Position numbers and translations under genes: made by a program. Of a DNA stretch of 24,038 nucleotides, positions 8,270-16,970 are shown one piece after another. The DNA lies in the IMG/VR virus record IMGVR_UViG_3300032269_000110, positions 1 through 24,038 of that record. One strand, given 5' to 3'. The stretch is from a virus (taxonomy: Duplodnaviria > Caudoviricetes). Position 1 is the first letter of the stretch. Each line of letters opens with the position of its first letter. The notes beneath the pieces are model-generated. The model was given only the letters and a program-made list of their open reading frames with translations, searched no databases and was not told where the DNA came from.

Positions 8270-8460
8270 TATGGTTGTGTTGCCTCGTTAAGCAATTCGA
8301 TTCGTTCGCGCGCAACGCGCAAGGTGTTATAGCGCTGGTGTAAGCGCTGAAGCATGGAGACGCGCTTGGCGTTCTTCCGTTCTTCATTCAGCAGTTTAAG
8401 GACTTCTTCCTCTGTCAAACTGCTAAGTTTGTTGTTAAGGCTTCGCCAGGTGTCGTTCAA
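8269..8460 (-). CDS. Hypothetical helical protein
   Basis: TTG start at 8460 with GGAG RBS; the longer ORF-track extension overlaps another gene. Confidence 0.7.
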   Translation of the reverse strand: MNDTWRSLNNKLSSLTEEEVLKLLNEERKNAKRVSMLQRLHQRYNTLRVARERIELLNEATQP

Positions 8461-8596
8461 TTTTATTCTCCAATTCTTCAATTGTTGTAAGTACGCGGTT
8501 AACTGCGCGCATGGCGGCGTTAACATCGCGATCCCTGATGCGTAGTTCAGCTTTGGCCGCTTTGAGTTTGGCTTTCCACAGATCAAGTCTTTTCAT
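8435..8596 (-). CDS. 53-aa coiled-coil protein (not in ORF track)
   Basis: MKRLDLWKAKLKAAKAELRIRDRDVNAAMRAVNRVLTTIEELENKIERHLAKP; AGGGA upstream; fills the operon gap. Confidence 0.65.
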   Translation of the reverse strand: MKRLDLWKAKLKAAKAELRIRDRDVNAAMRAVNRVLTTIEELENKIERHLAKP

Positions 8597-8855
8597 TTCG
8601 TTCCCTTAATTGTCTTTCAACAAACCAAGCAAATTCAACCTTGCTTAAATTGTCTGGAAAAGCCTCAATCTCGCCTCTGGTCAGCTCAACCCAAGGTTTT
8701 AAAGTTTGCTGGACTTTAGCTTGCGCGGCCATGCCATCCTCATATCCTTGCCCATAAGTTTCGTTGTCAGCGTCAATCAATTGCTTGATAAGCGCCAGAC
8801 TTTCTTCGCATACTTTGGTCAAACTAGCCAAAGCCATATCTCGTTTGATAATCAT
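8583..8855 (-). CDS. Hypothetical protein
   Basis: ATGA overlap and AAGGA RBS; C-terminal PWVELTRGEI...FAWFVERQLRERN module. Confidence 0.7.
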   Translation of the reverse strand: MIIKRDMALASLTKVCEESLALIKQLIDADNETYGQGYEDGMAAQAKVQQTLKPWVELTRGEIEAFPDNLSKVEFAWFVERQLRERNEKT

Positions 8856-9097
8856 TTGTTTTTCCTTTCTCGAATGGCTTTAGCGCAGTCTTTCGCAGTA
8901 GGCACATAAAACCATTCATTCCACATAAGGTCGCACAATTTTGCACACGCCTCGCGTTCGATATTTACCGCTGCTTTGATGGCATCGGTTTCCCAATGGT
9001 AGGGTTGGCCTTGCACTTGCAATATCTGCTTGCCAAGGTTGCTATGCTTTTCAACATCGTTGAATGCTTCTTCTTCCTCATTTGTCCAGTCAGTCAT
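8852..9097 (-). CDS. Hypothetical protein
   Basis: ATGA overlaps at both ends; EREACAKLCD...CAKAIRER module. Confidence 0.7.
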   Translation of the reverse strand: MTDWTNEEEEAFNDVEKHSNLGKQILQVQGQPYHWETDAIKAAVNIEREACAKLCDLMWNEWFYVPTAKDCAKAIRERKNK

Positions 9098-9189
9098 AGT
9101 GGTGCGTCCTCATGGTTGTCAGGGTTAAATTTAGGGACTCGGTTGCCCTTGTCCTTGGGGTTGGGAAACGGTGGGAATGGCCAGCTCAT
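9094..9189 (-). CDS. 31-aa proline-rich peptide (not in ORF track)
   Basis: MSWPFPPFPNPKDKGNRVPKFNPDNHEDAPL; ATGA overlaps at both ends; GGAGGA RBS in the helicase 3' end is imperfect (GGAAGA). Confidence 0.6.
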   Translation of the reverse strand: MSWPFPPFPNPKDKGNRVPKFNPDNHEDAPL

Positions 9190-10508
9190 GTTCTAAGTTC
9201 TTCCATTGCAATATCAGATATAGCCCGCTTGTCATGCAAGGCCGCCCAAATTTTTTCATCAACTGTTTTGTTAGTCAACATGACATAACACCACACGTCG
9301 TGCTTCTGGCCGCTGCGGTGCAACCTGCCTATGGTTTGTTCAAAGAGTTCAAGTGACCAGGGCAGTGACAGGAATACCATGTGGCATCCACCGTGCTGGA
9401 GGTTAAGACCGTGGCCTGCCGACTTCGGATGCACGGCCAGCAGGCGTACCTTGCCTTCGTTCCAGCGCTCAATGGCGCGCTCGTCGTCAAGTGTCGTGAC
9501 CTTAAATCGCCTCTTGAGTTCTGCAAGTTCTTCTTGATATGTGTACGCAATGATTGTGTTGGCATGTTGATTCTCATCTAATAATTCTTCTAGTCGGTCA
9601 AACTTATGTGTGCTGTACCACATAGGCGTTTGCTCTCGTATAAATTGACCTGGCACGTCTGAAGGTGTGATACATGTATCGTAAACAAACCCAGACGCCA
9701 GTTGTTGCAGTTTGCCGGTAACGACAGCCGCATTTATGGCAGTAATACCATCTAACACAAAGTCTTTTTTGAGAGTGTTGTATGGCTTTAAATCCATTTC
9801 GCATTTGAGTTCAACGGTATGCAAAACGGGTAATTTGTCCTTATACTCACCTGCCTCCAAGACAAATGTGGCAGGCCTAATTACGTCCATGACCTTCTGA
9901 AGTGACCCCACGCGGGGCGCCCATTCGCCAAAATCTTTGTTGATAAGCACAAAGTATTGCTGCATGAACGCGCCCTTAGACCGGCCAAGCAATGACTGGT
10001 CAACAATCTTGCACTGACCAAAGACATCCTCAAGGCCATTGCTAGTAAACGATCCAGTCAAACCCCAGCGCTTGGTCATGGGGTCAACGACTTTTAAGAA
10101 TGCTTTAAAGCGTGTGCCAGATGGGTTCTTGAGACGCGTCAGCTCGTCAAACACCACGCCATCAAAGTTTAGCTTCTGCTCAGCCAGCCACTGCAAGTTG
10201 TCATAGTTGGTCACAACCACTTGGGCGTTTGTCTTGAGGGCGTCTAAACGCTGCTTAGGTGTGCCAACGCACAAAGCCATGCTCAAGCGGTCTGCCCACT
10301 TGGGGCGCTCGACTGGCCACACGTCGGTACAAACGCGCTTAGGCGCCAGCACCAGCCAGCGCTTGACGTGGCCGTCGCGGATCATCTCCCACATAGCAGT
10401 CAGCGTGATGGCCGTCTTACCGGCACCGACTGGCGCCAAGATCATGGCGCGGTCATTCTCGTAGAGAAAGTCAGCGGCTGTCTCTTGATAGGGACGCAAT
10501 GAAAGCAT
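9186..10508 (-). CDS. SNF2-like superfamily 2 helicase
   Basis: Q motif LRPYQ, Walker A GAGKT, DELT, LTGS, GHGLNLQ and QTIGRLHRSGQ; ATG 10508 with AAGGAA RBS. Confidence 0.92.
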   Translation of the reverse strand: MLSLRPYQETAADFLYENDRAMILAPVGAGKTAITLTAMWEMIRDGHVKRWLVLAPKRVCTDVWPVERPKWADRLSMALCVGTPKQRLDALKTNAQVVVTNYDNLQWLAEQKLNFDGVVFDELTRLKNPSGTRFKAFLKVVDPMTKRWGLTGSFTSNGLEDVFGQCKIVDQSLLGRSKGAFMQQYFVLINKDFGEWAPRVGSLQKVMDVIRPATFVLEAGEYKDKLPVLHTVELKCEMDLKPYNTLKKDFVLDGITAINAAVVTGKLQQLASGFVYDTCITPSDVPGQFIREQTPMWYSTHKFDRLEELLDENQHANTIIAYTYQEELAELKRRFKVTTLDDERAIERWNEGKVRLLAVHPKSAGHGLNLQHGGCHMVFLSLPWSLELFEQTIGRLHRSGQKHDVWCYVMLTNKTVDEKIWAALHDKRAISDIAMEELRT

Positions 10509-10758
10509 CAACTTGTTCCTTAGTCCATAAACACATATAGTTCTGACGCAACAGCATCATGTCAACTTCAAATAATTTTTGTAGTGGCGACAATCTGCCG
10601 CCTTTTGTTTTCAATTCCACAAACCATGTCTGACCATCGGGTAAACACGCAATGCGATCTGCTACCCCTTTGCGTCCAGGCGATGTAAACTTCCAAGTCC
10701 TGCCGCCGATGCTTTGCACCGCCCAGTCGAAGTAAATTTCAATTTCTTTTTCTCTCAT
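10471..10758 (-). CDS. VRR-NUC domain nuclease
   Basis: MREKEIE...KFTSPGRKGVADRI...FVELKTKGGRLSPLQ, a PD-(D/E)XK pattern; upstream of the SNF2 helicase as in APSE-like phages. Confidence 0.9.
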   Translation of the reverse strand: MREKEIEIYFDWAVQSIGGRTWKFTSPGRKGVADRIACLPDGQTWFVELKTKGGRLSPLQKLFEVDMMLLRQNYMCLWTKEQVDAFIASLSRDSR

Positions 10759-10765
10759 GTTTGAA

Positions 10766-10794
10766 ATCATAACATGTAAAAAAGATTTGCACAA
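10766..10794 (-). promoter_or_regulatory. sigma70-like promoter for VRR-NUC/helicase operon (probably leaderless)
   Basis: Minus strand TTGTGC-17 nt-TATGAT with TGn extension; the ATG starts 7 nt after the -10 and has no RBS. Confidence 0.65.
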
Positions 10795-10815
10795 CTATTA
10801 TTTTTGTGCTAAGAT
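10787..10815 (+). promoter_or_regulatory. sigma70-like promoter for replication operon
   Basis: TTGCAC-17 nt-TAAGAT with TGn extension; its -35 overlaps the -35 of the divergent promoter. Confidence 0.65.
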
Positions 10816-10843
10816 CAAATCTCATTAACTACAGGACAGTAAA

Positions 10844-11971
10844 GTGCAACACTCAAACATCGTCGGCGGCTCTACAGCCAAGCGCGTCATCAACTGCCCA
10901 GGCAGTGTGGCGCTAGTGCAAAAGATGCCCCCGAAACCTTCTAGCAAATACGCTGACGAAGGCACGCTCTTACACAACGTCATGGCCGAACTCATCATGG
11001 GTGACGAGCCACCTGAGTTTTACTTGGGCACTACTTACGAAGATCAAGTCTTAACGCAAGAGTTGATCGACAACAAGATCAAACCTGCGCTTGAGGCACT
11101 TGATGCAATCGACCCACAAAGAATCATGGAAATTGAAGCTGAGACACGCGTTAATTTTGGCGATCTGCTTCCCAATGTATTTGGCTCTACTGACCTCATC
11201 GGTCGTCTGGGCAACCGTGCGGTTGTTCTTGATTGGAAGTTCGGAGATGGCGTTATGGTTGAAGTCGAAGAAAACCCGCAACTGATGTTTTACGCCGCCG
11301 CTGCCATGCGTACGCCCGAAGCGCAGTGGGCGTTTGACGGCGTGACTGAGATTGAAATGGTCATTGTTCAGCCGCCTGAAGTGCGCCGCTGGAAAACTAC
11401 GCCAGCGCGCATCGCCAAGTTTGAGATGGAGCTGGTGCAGGCCGTCAAGCAATCTGAGAAACCTGACGCGAAACTTGCAGTGGGCGACCACTGTCGTTGG
11501 TGCGCGGCCAAGCCTATCTGCCCCAAGATGACAGGCGCGGCAGATCGGGCGCTTAAACTTCAGATTGAGGCGTTGCCCGCACAGGAAATCAGCACACTCT
11601 TGCGTAACGCTGATATGCTGGAAGACTGGATTAAAGACTTACGCGCCCTTGCATTGCAAATGCTTGAATCTGGCGTGAAGCTGACAGAACACAAACTTGT
11701 GGCCAAGCGCGCCATTCGTTCATGGCACGATGAGCATAAGGCCAAGGCCGCCTTGCTTGCATCTGGCCTCACAGAATCTGAGGTGTTGGAGACAACCCTA
11801 GTCACCCCTGCGAAAGCTGAGAAGGCGCTTAAAAAGCTCAAGATCAGCCTGCCAGATGACTTGGTTGTAGCCATATCTTCAGGTAACACTTTGGCAAGCG
11901 TGGATGACCCACGACCCGAAGTGATGCTCTTGGGTAAGCAATTAACCGCTGCCCTTTCTAAACTTCAATAA
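10844..11971 (+). CDS. Cas4-like PD-(D/E)XK exonuclease (DUF2800-type)
   Basis: N-terminal Cys (INCPGS), EGTLLH, GSTD...VLDWKFG, QLMFYA and C-terminal CRWC-x5-CP, consistent with a 4-Cys Fe-S site. Confidence 0.85.
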   Translation: MQHSNIVGGSTAKRVINCPGSVALVQKMPPKPSSKYADEGTLLHNVMAELIMGDEPPEFYLGTTYEDQVLTQELIDNKIKPALEALDAIDPQRIMEIEAETRVNFGDLLPNVFGSTDLIGRLGNRAVVLDWKFGDGVMVEVEENPQLMFYAAAAMRTPEAQWAFDGVTEIEMVIVQPPEVRRWKTTPARIAKFEMELVQAVKQSEKPDAKLAVGDHCRWCAAKPICPKMTGAADRALKLQIEALPAQEISTLLRNADMLEDWIKDLRALALQMLESGVKLTEHKLVAKRAIRSWHDEHKAKAALLASGLTESEVLETTLVTPAKAEKALKKLKISLPDDLVVAISSGNTLASVDDPRPEVMLLGKQLTAALSKLQ

Positions 11972-11979
11972 GGTAAATT

Positions 11980-12618
11980 ATGAACTTAACTACATTCTCC
12001 CAGGCAAACTTGCCAGCCGTTTCAACCTTGTCTAGCGCTTTGCGTTCGATCCAAGCCGAAGTCGGCCCAGCCGGTGTTGTCATCCTCAAGATGGACAAGA
12101 CTGGTCACTGGGTCTTTGGCGCAGATCAAACCGAAGTGGAAGACGATGCTGTATGGGCTGTCAATCCTTTCTCTTTTGTCCACGGCTTTATTGCTTGGGG
12201 CGACGGTGAAGTGTTGGGCGAGAAGATGACCAGCGTTAGCAACCCTCTGCCTGAGTTGGATGAGGCACCCCCTCAAGCCAAAAAAGGCTGGGAAACTCAA
12301 GTTGGTATGTCGCTGAAATGTATATCAGGCGAAGACAAAGGTATGGAAGCGCGTTTTACAACCACGTCAGTGGGCGGTAAGCGTTCTGTTCAAACCTTGG
12401 CCGTGGCTTTGGCCGAGCAAGTCGAGAAAGACCAAACCAAGCCAGTGCCAGTCGTGCGTCTGAAGAAAGACCATTACGCTCACAAATCTTACGGCAAAAT
12501 CTACACGCCAGTGTTTGAGATTGTTGAATGGATGTCTATGGATGGCGAAGCGCCTGCTGCAATTGAAGCCGCTGAAGAAGCGCCTGCTGCACCTGCACGT
12601 CGTCGCCGTAACGCTTAA
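11980..12618 (+). CDS. Putative single-stranded DNA-binding protein
   Basis: Aromatic beta-rich core ending YGKIYTPVFEIVEW plus a low-complexity tail; occupies the SSB slot between exonuclease and polymerase. Confidence 0.6.
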   Translation: MNLTTFSQANLPAVSTLSSALRSIQAEVGPAGVVILKMDKTGHWVFGADQTEVEDDAVWAVNPFSFVHGFIAWGDGEVLGEKMTSVSNPLPELDEAPPQAKKGWETQVGMSLKCISGEDKGMEARFTTTSVGGKRSVQTLAVALAEQVEKDQTKPVPVVRLKKDHYAHKSYGKIYTPVFEIVEWMSMDGEAPAAIEAAEEAPAAPARRRRNA

Positions 12619-12625
12619 TTGATTA

Positions 12626-12715
12626 GGGGGCTGTTAAGCCAGCATTCGAGGATGGTGACTCACAGTTTTTTCTGGTTTTCCACTGTGATTTATTGAAGCC
12701 CAAATCGAAGCCCCC
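12626..12715 (+). ncRNA. Candidate structured RNA with pseudoknot
   Basis: GGGGGC/GCCCCC, TTCGA/TCGAA and TCACAGT/ACTGTGA stems plus loop-loop complement AAGCCAG/CTGGTTT; fills the intergenic gap. Confidence 0.6.
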
Positions 12716-12722
12716 GCCTTTT

Positions 12723-14624
12723 ATGTTATACATTGATTTTGAAACTCGCAGTACATGCGACTTACGCGCCAAGGGCGTGTACAACTACGCGCAAGACGCA
12801 AGCACTGATGTGCTGTGCATGTCTTACGCTTTTGATGACGATGAAGTCACGACGTGGGTGCCTACCCAGCCATTCCCCGAAAGCGTACGCAACTACACTG
12901 GCCAGATCAGGGCGCATAACGCCGCATTTGAGCGCTTGATCTTTTGGTACGTGTTACAAATAAATTTTAAGCTGGAGCAGTTTTATTGCACCGCAACACA
13001 AGCCCGCGCCAACTGCGCGCCTGGCAGTTTAGAAGACGTTGGCCGTTTTGCTGGCGCGTCTATGAAAAAAGATCACAGGGGCGCGCAATTAATTCGCTTG
13101 ATGTGCGTGCCGCCGTTTAAAGACTCGCCTGAACTCATGGCCGAGATGATCCAGTATTGCGAGCAAGACGTGCGCGCTATGCGTGCAATCAGCAAAGCCA
13201 TGCGTGACTTATCTGACGAGGAACTTACAGATTATCACGTCAACGAGCGCATCAATGACCGAGGCGTGTTAGTCGATGTGCCGCTGTGCCAAGCAGCCGT
13301 GAAGTTTGCGTCTGACGAGTTAGTCGAAATTGAGCAGATCGTGCAAGAAGTCACCGGCGGTGCAATCGCCAGCGTCAGGTCGCCGCGTATGCGTGAATGG
13401 GTGCTTGAGCGCGTAGGTGAGCAAGCCAAGAAGTTGATGGAAAAAGATGGCAAATATTCCATTGACAAAACAGTCCGTGCCAACCTTTTAATGATGGAGA
13501 ATCCAGATGAAGTCCCAGCCGATGTACAAGAAGTTATCCAATGCGCCGACGACCTCTGGGCGTCCTCTGTGGCAAAGTTCAGCCGACTCAGCGGTTTGGC
13601 GGATGAGGAGGATCAACGAGTACGAGGAGCGTTCGTATTTGCTGGCGGCTCAGCAACAGGCCGCGCATCATCCTACGGCGCCCAAGTCCACAACTTCACA
13701 CGCAAGTGCGCTGACGAACCTGAAGCCGCACGAAATGCTATGGTTAGAGGGCACTCAATCGTGCCTCGGTATGGAAAGCGCGTTACCGATGTACTTAAAG
13801 GAATGCTTAGACCAGCGCTCATCCCTGCAACAGGCAAACACTTCGTCGTCGCAGACTGGGCGGCTATCGAAGCCCGCGTTAACCCGTGGCTGTCTGGCCG
13901 TGGGGACGACAAACTCGAACTTTTCAGAACGGGCGAGGATGTTTACAAAGTTAACGCGGCCGCAACATTTAATGTTCGCGTGGCAGATGTCACCAAAGAT
14001 CAAAGACAAATTGGTAAAGTTCAAGAGCTGGCCTGCGGGTTCGCTGGAGGCGTTGGTGCTTTCGCTGCTATGGGCAGGGCTTATGGCATATCTTTGCCAG
14101 AACCCGTCGCCAAGCGAATGGTGGACGGTTGGCGTCGTGCTAATACCTGGGCTGTTCCTTATTGGACGTCGCTTGAAGAATCCTACACCAGAGCAATGAG
14201 AAACAAAGGCCGCGAATTCAAAGCTGGCCGTATAACATATTTATTCGATGGGCAACACCTATGGTATGCCCTACCTTCTGGCCGCATTTTGTGCTACCCC
14301 TATGCCAAATTGGAATCGGACGGCATCAGTTATGCCAAAGCGGCATGGAAGCCTGCACAAGATGCAAAAGAATGGCCGCGTGCAAGGTTGTGGAAAGGGT
14401 TGGCGTGTGAAAATGTCACTCAGGCTGTCGCAAACGATTTACTGCGGCATTCCTTGCGCCAACTTGATGACGTCGTGTTACACGTGCATGACGAGATTGT
14501 GGTCGAAACTGCTGACCCAAGCGCAGCAGAAAATTTAAAGCGTGTGATGTGTACAGCACCAGCGTGGGCGCAAGGCCTGCCACTCGATGCTGAAGTTGAA
14601 ACTATGAAAAGGTATGGCAAATGA
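12723..14624 (+). CDS. DNA polymerase family A with 3'-5' exonuclease domain (APSE-like)
   Basis: Exo I DFET, Exo II AHNAAFE, Exo III YCEQD; TGRASS; motif A DWAAIEAR, motif B RQIGKVQELACGF, motif C VHDE. Start taken at ATG 12723. Confidence 0.95.
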   Translation: MLYIDFETRSTCDLRAKGVYNYAQDASTDVLCMSYAFDDDEVTTWVPTQPFPESVRNYTGQIRAHNAAFERLIFWYVLQINFKLEQFYCTATQARANCAPGSLEDVGRFAGASMKKDHRGAQLIRLMCVPPFKDSPELMAEMIQYCEQDVRAMRAISKAMRDLSDEELTDYHVNERINDRGVLVDVPLCQAAVKFASDELVEIEQIVQEVTGGAIASVRSPRMREWVLERVGEQAKKLMEKDGKYSIDKTVRANLLMMENPDEVPADVQEVIQCADDLWASSVAKFSRLSGLADEEDQRVRGAFVFAGGSATGRASSYGAQVHNFTRKCADEPEAARNAMVRGHSIVPRYGKRVTDVLKGMLRPALIPATGKHFVVADWAAIEARVNPWLSGRGDDKLELFRTGEDVYKVNAAATFNVRVADVTKDQRQIGKVQELACGFAGGVGAFAAMGRAYGISLPEPVAKRMVDGWRRANTWAVPYWTSLEESYTRAMRNKGREFKAGRITYLFDGQHLWYALPSGRILCYPYAKLESDGISYAKAAWKPAQDAKEWPRARLWKGLACENVTQAVANDLLRHSLRQLDDVVLHVHDEIVVETADPSAAENLKRVMCTAPAWAQGLPLDAEVETMKRYGK

Positions 14625-16927
14625 ACTTTCTTGAATTCCTAACGTCCCTTGCACCCGAGGGCGAGACAGCGCTAATCGTGCGCCAAAAACCCCAACTAAA
14701 AGACGGCGAGATGCAGTTCCATGCGGATGGCGCAATCAAATGCACATGGCCTGCTATGTTACCCACCGCACGCATCAAAGACGATTGGGCAATCTACGGC
14801 AACACGGCCAGCTTTATCATTGACCGCTTCAAAGATGGCCATGTCTCAGCGTCAGCGGCCAACTGCGAATATGTGCTTGTCATGGTGCTTGATGACGTGG
14901 GCACTAAGGCCAAGATTCCACCGCTTGAACCGACTTGGAAGATCGAAACATCTGAGGGATCATTTCAATGGGGTTATGTCTTTTCTGAGCAACCAACCAA
15001 AGCCGACTTCAGCGCGGCCATCAAAGCGATTGCCGATGCAGGCTACACCGATGCTGGCGCCATTAATGCCGTGCGTAACTTTCGCCTGCCTGGCTCGATC
15101 AACCTGAAGCCCGGCCGTGAAAGTTTTGCCGCTAAGTTGGTCGAGTTTGAACCCGCCCGTGAGTTTACTTTGCATGAAATTTGCCAAGCGCTTGACGTGA
15201 CGCCTGCGCCTGCTGACTCTGTTGGCGTGCGTCCGATCCGTCTGTCAGATGACGGCGCAGATGATGTAATGGCGTGGCTCAGTAGCCAAGGCCTGCTATT
15301 GTCTAAGCCTAATCAAGAGGGCTGGGCTGGCGTGATCTGCCCTAACTCTGGTGAGCATAGCGACGGCAACCCCGAAGGCCGCTACATGCCCGCCAACCGC
15401 GCCTATTGCTGTTTGCACAGTCACTGCCTTGAGTTTGACTCTGGCGTGTTCTTAAAATGGGTGGCCGAGAATGGTGGCCCTAAACATGCCCCAGGCTTAC
15501 GTGATGAGCTACTGACTTTTGCTATGGATGCGGCGCTTTCTAAGTTAACCCCTAATGAAGCATACCCTGACGCGGCGGCGGCCATTGTCGCCGAGGTTGA
15601 GCGCAAGGAATTAGGGCGCGTTGAAAAGGAAGGCTGGTGGGAGCGTTTTGCATACATTCAAGACGATGACTCATACTTTGACATGCAAGACCGCCGTGAA
15701 ATTGGCCGTGGTACGTTTAACGCTTTGTTCCGTCACCTTGATTGCAAGTCAATCAATAACGCCAAACGCAAAATTGAGGCGTCCGTGTGCTTCGATGAAA
15801 ATCGCCAAGCCAAGGGCGCCAAAACTTTGGTGGGCGTAACGTATGCGCCCGGCGAGACTATTCTTTGTGCCCGTGAGGGCTTAGTCTATGGCAACCGGTG
15901 GCGTGATGCCCGCCCACCCGTGGCTGCCGGTGTTGATCCTACCCCGTGGCTTGACCATGTTGAGCGCATGATTCCTGACGCTATGGAGCGTGAACACGTT
16001 TTGAACGTCATGGCCTTTAAAGTGCAACGTCCTGACAAGAAAATAAACCACGCCGTGTTACATGGTGGCCATCCAGGTTCAGGCAAAGACACCATGTGGG
16101 CGCCGTTCTTTTGGGCGGTCGGTGGTGACTCGCTCGCTAACGTCAAAAAGTTAGACAACAAAGACTTGTCAACACCTTGGGGTTATCACCTAGAGTGTGA
16201 AGTGCTGATTATCAACGAGCTTCGCCAGCCTGAGGCGTCTGACCGCCGCGCGCTTGAGAATAGTCTCAAACCCGTAATTGCTGCGCCCCCTGAGTTCTTA
16301 TCTATTCAACGTAAAGGTCTTGCGCCCTATGAGGCCGTGAACCGTTTGCAAGTAGTGGCGTTTTCGAATGAGCGCATGGCGATAACTATTCCATCGAATG
16401 ACCGCCGGTGGTTCGTCATGTGGTCTGACGCCGCGTGCATGAGTGCTGACGCCGCCGCGAACATGTGGGCATGGTACAAGTCAGGCGGCTTTGCTGCCGT
16501 GACCGCTTGGCTTCACGCCCGTGACGTCTCCGCATTTAATGCCGGTGCTATACCGCCCATGACCGAGGCCAAGGCCATTATGGTTGAAACGGGCATGAGT
16601 GGTGCTGAATCATTCCTCGTTGAAATGATGCGTAACCGTATAGGCGAGTTCGCCGCCGGTGTAATGGGCGCCCCGTGGCAATCAGTTTGTGACCGTCTAA
16701 CGGGACAAGCCCCGACGGGTATGAAATTGCCCGTGGCGGCTTTGTTGCACGCGTTCCGTGAAGCGGGCTGGGTTGATATGGGCTTATTAAAATCGCGGGC
16801 GCATACGACTAAAAAGCACATCTACGCCGCGCCTGATATGGTCAACCGTGGCAAGTCAGAACTGCGCGACATGGTGCAAGGGGTGCCTGATTCTAAAATT
16901 GCATCACTTGTCAGGCTTGTTAAGTAA
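14621..16927 (+). CDS. Primase-helicase: RepB-like AEP primase, Zn-binding motif and SF3-type helicase
   Basis: VLDDVG...IETSEGSFQWGY...RNFRLPGSIN primase pattern; CP-x4-H...CCLHSHC; Walker A GHPGSGKDT, IINE and FSN. Confidence 0.85.
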   Translation: MNFLEFLTSLAPEGETALIVRQKPQLKDGEMQFHADGAIKCTWPAMLPTARIKDDWAIYGNTASFIIDRFKDGHVSASAANCEYVLVMVLDDVGTKAKIPPLEPTWKIETSEGSFQWGYVFSEQPTKADFSAAIKAIADAGYTDAGAINAVRNFRLPGSINLKPGRESFAAKLVEFEPAREFTLHEICQALDVTPAPADSVGVRPIRLSDDGADDVMAWLSSQGLLLSKPNQEGWAGVICPNSGEHSDGNPEGRYMPANRAYCCLHSHCLEFDSGVFLKWVAENGGPKHAPGLRDELLTFAMDAALSKLTPNEAYPDAAAAIVAEVERKELGRVEKEGWWERFAYIQDDDSYFDMQDRREIGRGTFNALFRHLDCKSINNAKRKIEASVCFDENRQAKGAKTLVGVTYAPGETILCAREGLVYGNRWRDARPPVAAGVDPTPWLDHVERMIPDAMEREHVLNVMAFKVQRPDKKINHAVLHGGHPGSGKDTMWAPFFWAVGGDSLANVKKLDNKDLSTPWGYHLECEVLIINELRQPEASDRRALENSLKPVIAAPPEFLSIQRKGLAPYEAVNRLQVVAFSNERMAITIPSNDRRWFVMWSDAACMSADAAANMWAWYKSGGFAAVTAWLHARDVSAFNAGAIPPMTEAKAIMVETGMSGAESFLVEMMRNRIGEFAAGVMGAPWQSVCDRLTGQAPTGMKLPVAALLHAFREAGWVDMGLLKSRAHTTKKHIYAAPDMVNRGKSELRDMVQGVPDSKIASLVRLVK

Positions 16928-16952
16928 AAAAAAGCCCGCGTAAAGCGGGCTT
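16926..16952 (-). terminator. Rho-independent terminator (minus strand; possibly bidirectional)
   Basis: AAGCCCGC-gtaaa-GCGGGCTT hairpin with an A8 tract on the left (U-tract on minus strand), at the convergent junction. Confidence 0.85.
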
Positions 16953-16970
16953 ATAAGGTTTTGGCAACTG

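Noticed and set aside
12547-12590. Direct repeat GAAGCGCCTGCTGC twice
   Set aside because: Encodes EAPAA twice in a low-complexity linker; a local coding duplication.
12619-12722. tRNA, intron or simple terminator between SSB and polymerase
   Set aside because: No cloverleaf despite a TTCGA, both flanking genes are intact, and the long multi-stem fold with only a T4 run after a 3-nt gap does not fit a standard intrinsic terminator.
13507-14199. 230-aa alternative-frame ORF inside the polymerase
   Set aside because: Fully nested in a well-supported gene, no motifs, Ser/Arg/Gln-rich shadow-frame composition.
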